NCBI GenBank assembly: GCA_049967475.1
Contig: JBMFSQ010000015.1
Location: forward strand, 1-64,000
Direction: 5' to 3'
DNA from: Chthonomonadales bacterium
GTDB taxonomy: Bacteria; Armatimonadota; Chthonomonadetes; Chthonomonadales; CAJBBX01
DNA length: 64,000 bases
The notes beneath the pieces are model-generated. The model saw nothing but the letters and a program-made list of their open reading frames with translations. It did no database searches and was not told where the DNA came from. Positions 60,796-64,000 of the stretch are shown piece after piece. The first letter of the stretch is position 1. Each line of letters begins with the position of its first letter. Both the position numbers and the translations under genes were made by a program.

Positions 60796-60993
60796 AGCGG
60801 CCTCGATGGCGGCATAGGGCGCAGGATTGATCGCCCTAGAAGCAGGGAGGCGGCTTTTAACCCTCTGGAGCCGAATGAATGCCGCGAAGGCCTTTCCGGG
60901 TCAGGTACGCGGGCTATCGCTGGGGCGGCGGATGCCGGCCGCGGCGGCCTCGCTCGAACCCGAATTGCCGGCGGCGGCGCGGGTGCGGCCATG

Positions 60994-62001
60994 CTACGGA
61001 GCGCCGGCCGGCGCCAGGGGGTCCATGGCAAGCGTGTCGAAATCGAGCGCATCGGTGCGGCCCTGAGCGAAGCGGTGCATAGCCGCGGCAGCGATCATGG
61101 CGGCGTTGTCCGTGCAGAGCGGCGGCGGGGGTATGACAAGCTTCACGCCGTCTCGAGAGCATGATGCTTGCATGGCGGCGGCAAGACCCTTGTTGGCGGC
61201 AACTCCTCCTGCTACCAGAACGGTTCGCGCGCGCATTTGGTGCGCTGCCTGCATCGTCTTGCTGACGAGCACGTCTACGATGGCGGCTTGGAGCGAGGCT
61301 GCAACATCTTCCATGCGGGCTGGTTCTCCACCGGCCAGGTATCGCGCCACGGCGGTCTTAAGGCCGCTGAAGCTGAAATTCAGGCTGTCGCCCATCCATG
61401 CGCGGGGGAACGGCACGGCGCCGGGATCTCCTTGGGATGCCAGTCGGTCTATGTGAGGACCTCCGGGGTAGGGCAATCCCATTAGGCGGGCGCACTTGTC
61501 GAAGCATTCACCTGCAGCATCATCCCGGGTGGAGCCTAACGACACCCAATCGTCATGCCCCTTGGCCCATACGAGCTCGGTATGTCCTCCGGACACGAGA
61601 AGGCAAAGGAAGGGAAATTGAAGCGCAGGATCCGCCAGAAAGCCTGAATAGAGGTGGCCGGCCAGGTGATGTACGGCAACGATCGGCTTGCCGAGGCTGA
61701 AGGCAAGGGCCTTCGCTGCGGACACTCCTACGAGGAGCGCGCCTACCAGCCCAGGGCGGTTGGTCACGGCGATGCCGTCCAGGTTTGTGTACTGGATGCC
61801 GGCCGCGTCGAGCGCCTCGTGAAGGACCGGCAGGATGCGCTCAACATGCTTGCGGGATGCCAATTCCGGCACGACGCCGCCCCATCGTGCGTGGAGGTTT
61901 GCTTGGCTGGCAATGATGTTGGACAGGATGCGAGGTTCTGAGCTCACAACGGCAGCGGAGGTCTCATCGCAGCTCGTCTCGATGCCTAAGATCCGCATCA
62001 T
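60994..62001 (-). CDS. tsaD: tRNA threonylcarbamoyladenosine biosynthesis protein TsaD
   Basis: ILGIETSCDET, GGVVPELASRKH, HHLAGH, VSGGHT, DDAAGE.FDK, CTDNAAMI. Confidence 0.97.
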   Translation of the reverse strand: MMRILGIETSCDETSAAVVSSEPRILSNIIASQANLHARWGGVVPELASRKHVERILPVLHEALDAAGIQYTNLDGIAVTNRPGLVGALLVGVSAAKALAFSLGKPIVAVHHLAGHLYSGFLADPALQFPFLCLLVSGGHTELVWAKGHDDWVSLGSTRDDAAGECFDKCARLMGLPYPGGPHIDRLASQGDPGAVPFPRAWMGDSLNFSFSGLKTAVARYLAGGEPARMEDVAASLQAAIVDVLVSKTMQAAHQMRARTVLVAGGVAANKGLAAAMQASCSRDGVKLVIPPPPLCTDNAAMIAAAAMHRFAQGRTDALDFDTLAMDPLAPAGAP

Positions 62002-62515
62002 AAGTGGAATAGAGGGCCTTTCGTAGCGCTTCCAGGCGCTTGACGTAATCATGGGCGCCGATGCCTTCCGCCCACATGACCAAGGCATTTTCGCCATTAT
62101 CGGTGTAGTAGGCTCGGCGGACGCCGGTGACGTGGAAGCCGAACTTTCGGTAGAGCGTTTGGGCGGGCAGGTTGCTTTCCCTCACTTCCAGCGTAGCTCT
62201 GGCAGCGCCGAGGATCACGGCCTCTTCCAAAAGGGCGATAAGGAGGCGCTGGGCGATCTTTCGCCGGCGGAACTCCGGATCCACTGCAAGCGTGGTGATG
62301 TGGGCCTCGTCCATCACCACCCACATACCGCCATAGCCCACGATGCGCCCGTCCAACCGAGCCACCAGGTAGCGGGCGCAGCGGTTGCTCAGCTCAGCGT
62401 AGTAGGCATTCTCGTGCCACGGCGAAGGATAACACCGCTTCTCGATGGCGGCCACTTCCCGCACGTCTGTGCGGCGCATGGGTTCGATCACCACCGGGTC
62501 AACCAGAATAGCCAT
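61964..62515 (-). CDS. rimI: Ribosomal protein S18 alanine N-acetyltransferase
   Basis: DEAHITTLAV, ATLEVRESN, RRAYYTDNGENALVMW; adjacent to tsaD. Confidence 0.93.
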   Translation of the reverse strand: MAILVDPVVIEPMRRTDVREVAAIEKRCYPSPWHENAYYAELSNRCARYLVARLDGRIVGYGGMWVVMDEAHITTLAVDPEFRRRKIAQRLLIALLEEAVILGAARATLEVRESNLPAQTLYRKFGFHVTGVRRAYYTDNGENALVMWAEGIGAHDYVKRLEALRKALYSTYDADLRHRDELR

Positions 62516-62651
62516 GGTATCCTGCGGGAGCGTAGGATGGACGGCAATCAAGCAGCGTGAGGATAACACAAGGCGCCGGCACGTGTCAACGGCAGGTAGT
62601 TATACCTGCACGCGCGGGCAGCATGAGCCGATAATGGAGGGGGTGACTGCG

Positions 62652-63824
62652 ATGACAGATGAAACAATTCTAATTGTGGGGCGTGATGCGCGCTTCCTTG
62701 GCGACATGCAGCGCAACCTTGCCGGCCTCGAGGCGGCTGTAGCCGTAGCTCCGGACCCGGCTCATGTTGAGCCTTTGCCGCACTACGCCGTCGTCGTGAT
62801 GGAGTTGGATGGCCCTGAGTTCGAAGGGGCCGAGCTCATCCGGCGCCTCGCAGCATCATCCCCTTTTACTGAATGCATCATCGCCTCGCACACACCGCAG
62901 AACCCCGTGGTTCGGGAGCTCTACGAGCTTGGAAACGTGTACAGCGTTCATTGCCGGCAGCCGGATGCGGCGGGCGCTCTCTACCGTGACGTTATCCGTG
63001 CTTTGGAGCGCCGAGCTCTAAGGAGGCACAACGCCTATCTCTTGATCGAGCTGCGCGACGCCCGCGACGATCTCCGGAACCAGGCAGAGTTCCTCGCCCA
63101 GGTGGAGAGGCTGGCTACTTTGGGACAGATGGTTGACGATTTGGCAGCAGACCTGGCTCCGAAACTGGCCGATCTAGGGGCCGGCATCGCGGCGATTGCC
63201 GGATCGTGCGCCAACTCGGGAGATGTTCGTGAGGTGAGAAGCAGGTCTGCCGTGTTGGCGGACCTGGTGGACGAGTGTCGTTCGGCATGCACGGCTGTGC
63301 TGGAGTTCGGCAGAGGGGATGCGGGGTCTGTGATGCCGGTGGATCTCAGTGACGTGGTGTCGGCTTCTCTTGGGTGGGTTGGGCACTCAGTGAGGGCCCA
63401 CAGCATCCGGCTGCACGTAGATGTGCCCAGGACGCTTCCAAAAGTCTGGGCGCATCCCTATCGTTTGCAGCAGGCGCTGACGCATGTGATCGTGAATGCC
63501 ATTCAGGCCATGCCTCATGGGGGTGTGCTGCGCATCCGGGGAGAAGGCGGTGACGGTGGGGACGGCGCCGTCCGTCTGCATGTGGCGGACACGGGGCCCG
63601 GCATCTCTCCGGAGATCCTGGATCACGTCTTTGACGCGTTTTTTACTACCCGTCCGCCGGGTAGGGGAAGCGGATTGGGGCTCACGGTAGCGCGGCGCAT
63701 CCTGCGGGATTACGGAGGGGATATAGAGGTCGTGAGCCGGGTTGGGCGCGGCGCGACGTTCACCCTTCAGGTGCCGGCGATTGCCGTGGAGAGCGCTTCG
63801 GGGAGGTTGGAGGCTGCGGCATAG
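62652..63824 (+). CDS. Hybrid REC plus histidine-kinase-like protein with degenerate phospho-sites
   Basis: HATPase boxes VNAIQA, DTGPG, FFTT, GSGLGL; H-box region ERLATLGQMVDDLAADL lacks His. Confidence 0.85.
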   Translation: MTDETILIVGRDARFLGDMQRNLAGLEAAVAVAPDPAHVEPLPHYAVVVMELDGPEFEGAELIRRLAASSPFTECIIASHTPQNPVVRELYELGNVYSVHCRQPDAAGALYRDVIRALERRALRRHNAYLLIELRDARDDLRNQAEFLAQVERLATLGQMVDDLAADLAPKLADLGAGIAAIAGSCANSGDVREVRSRSAVLADLVDECRSACTAVLEFGRGDAGSVMPVDLSDVVSASLGWVGHSVRAHSIRLHVDVPRTLPKVWAHPYRLQQALTHVIVNAIQAMPHGGVLRIRGEGGDGGDGAVRLHVADTGPGISPEILDHVFDAFFTTRPPGRGSGLGLTVARRILRDYGGDIEVVSRVGRGATFTLQVPAIAVESASGRLEAAA

Positions 63825-63918
63825 GAAGGCAATGCCATCCGCAGGGATGGCGGGCCTGCGGTGGTTTGCGGGAGTGTAGAAAGCCGGTTCTGGCCGGGAT
63901 TGAAGGCGTTCGCAGGAT

Positions 63919-63961
63919 AAAAAAGCGGAGCCGGGATGCACCATCCCGACCCCGCTTGTTT
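63919..63961. terminator. Bidirectional intrinsic terminator
   Basis: AAAAAAGCGG..CGGGATG-CAC-CATCCCG..CCGCTTGTTT. Confidence 0.7.
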
Positions 63962-64000
63962 GCGTCGGCTTCCTTAGTGGCGGATGAGCTCCGATGGGCC

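Noticed and set aside
1..64000. Genome-wide stop-codon reassignment
   Set aside because: TGA, TAA and TAG all end conserved genes at their expected C-termini (tuf TGA, rpsC TAA, rpsJ TAG).
63974..64000. 3' end of a minus-strand gene (GPSELIRH*) facing the terminator
   Set aside because: Plausible given the bidirectional terminator, but 8 residues are too few to identify.
1..64000. CRISPR array, rRNA, intact IS or prophage
   Set aside because: No regularly spaced repeats, rRNA-like segments, intact transposase, integrase or phage structural genes were seen.

Overview
GC-rich bacterial chromosome window. The lineage is probably Armatimonadota; this is inferred from Terrabacteria-type ribosomal proteins combined with diderm features and was not checked by search. 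1-20.8 kb: end of tuf and a complete S10-spc-alpha ribosomal cluster through truA-rplM-rpsI, with an EF-G paralog inserted between rplE and rpsN. 20.8-26.6 kb: CAAX-type protease, DUF47-Pit, an orphan ABC ATPase, accB and hom. 26.6-38.0 kb, the main find: a co-oriented minus-strand cluster that looks like a complete trans-envelope electron conduit. It holds a NarL-type regulator, two paralogous monoheme cytochromes, a USP, a Cyc2-like fused cytochrome-porin, a membrane protein, a ferredoxin, a 13-heme CbcL-like protein, a 7-heme ImcH-like protein and a Rieske/cytochrome b/pentaheme c complex (28 c-heme motifs in total). The ORF track hides that the cyc2-like and imcH-like genes are each one reading frame interrupted by a single in-frame stop (TAA 35671-35673, TGA 30418-30420). 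38-47 kb: coaBC, gmk, a sigma54-driven PEP-CTERM-like protein, wecB and metabolic enzymes. 47-57 kb: an FHA / PP2C / Ser-Thr kinase / HEAT / ECF sigma / anti-sigma / clostripain-like (Cys-to-Ser) locus. 57-60 kb: a nuclease-motif plus glycine-zipper protein and RHS/ankyrin relics. 60-64 kb: OsmC-like gene, tsaD, rimI and a His-less hybrid kinase. No rRNA, tRNA or CRISPR array was seen.
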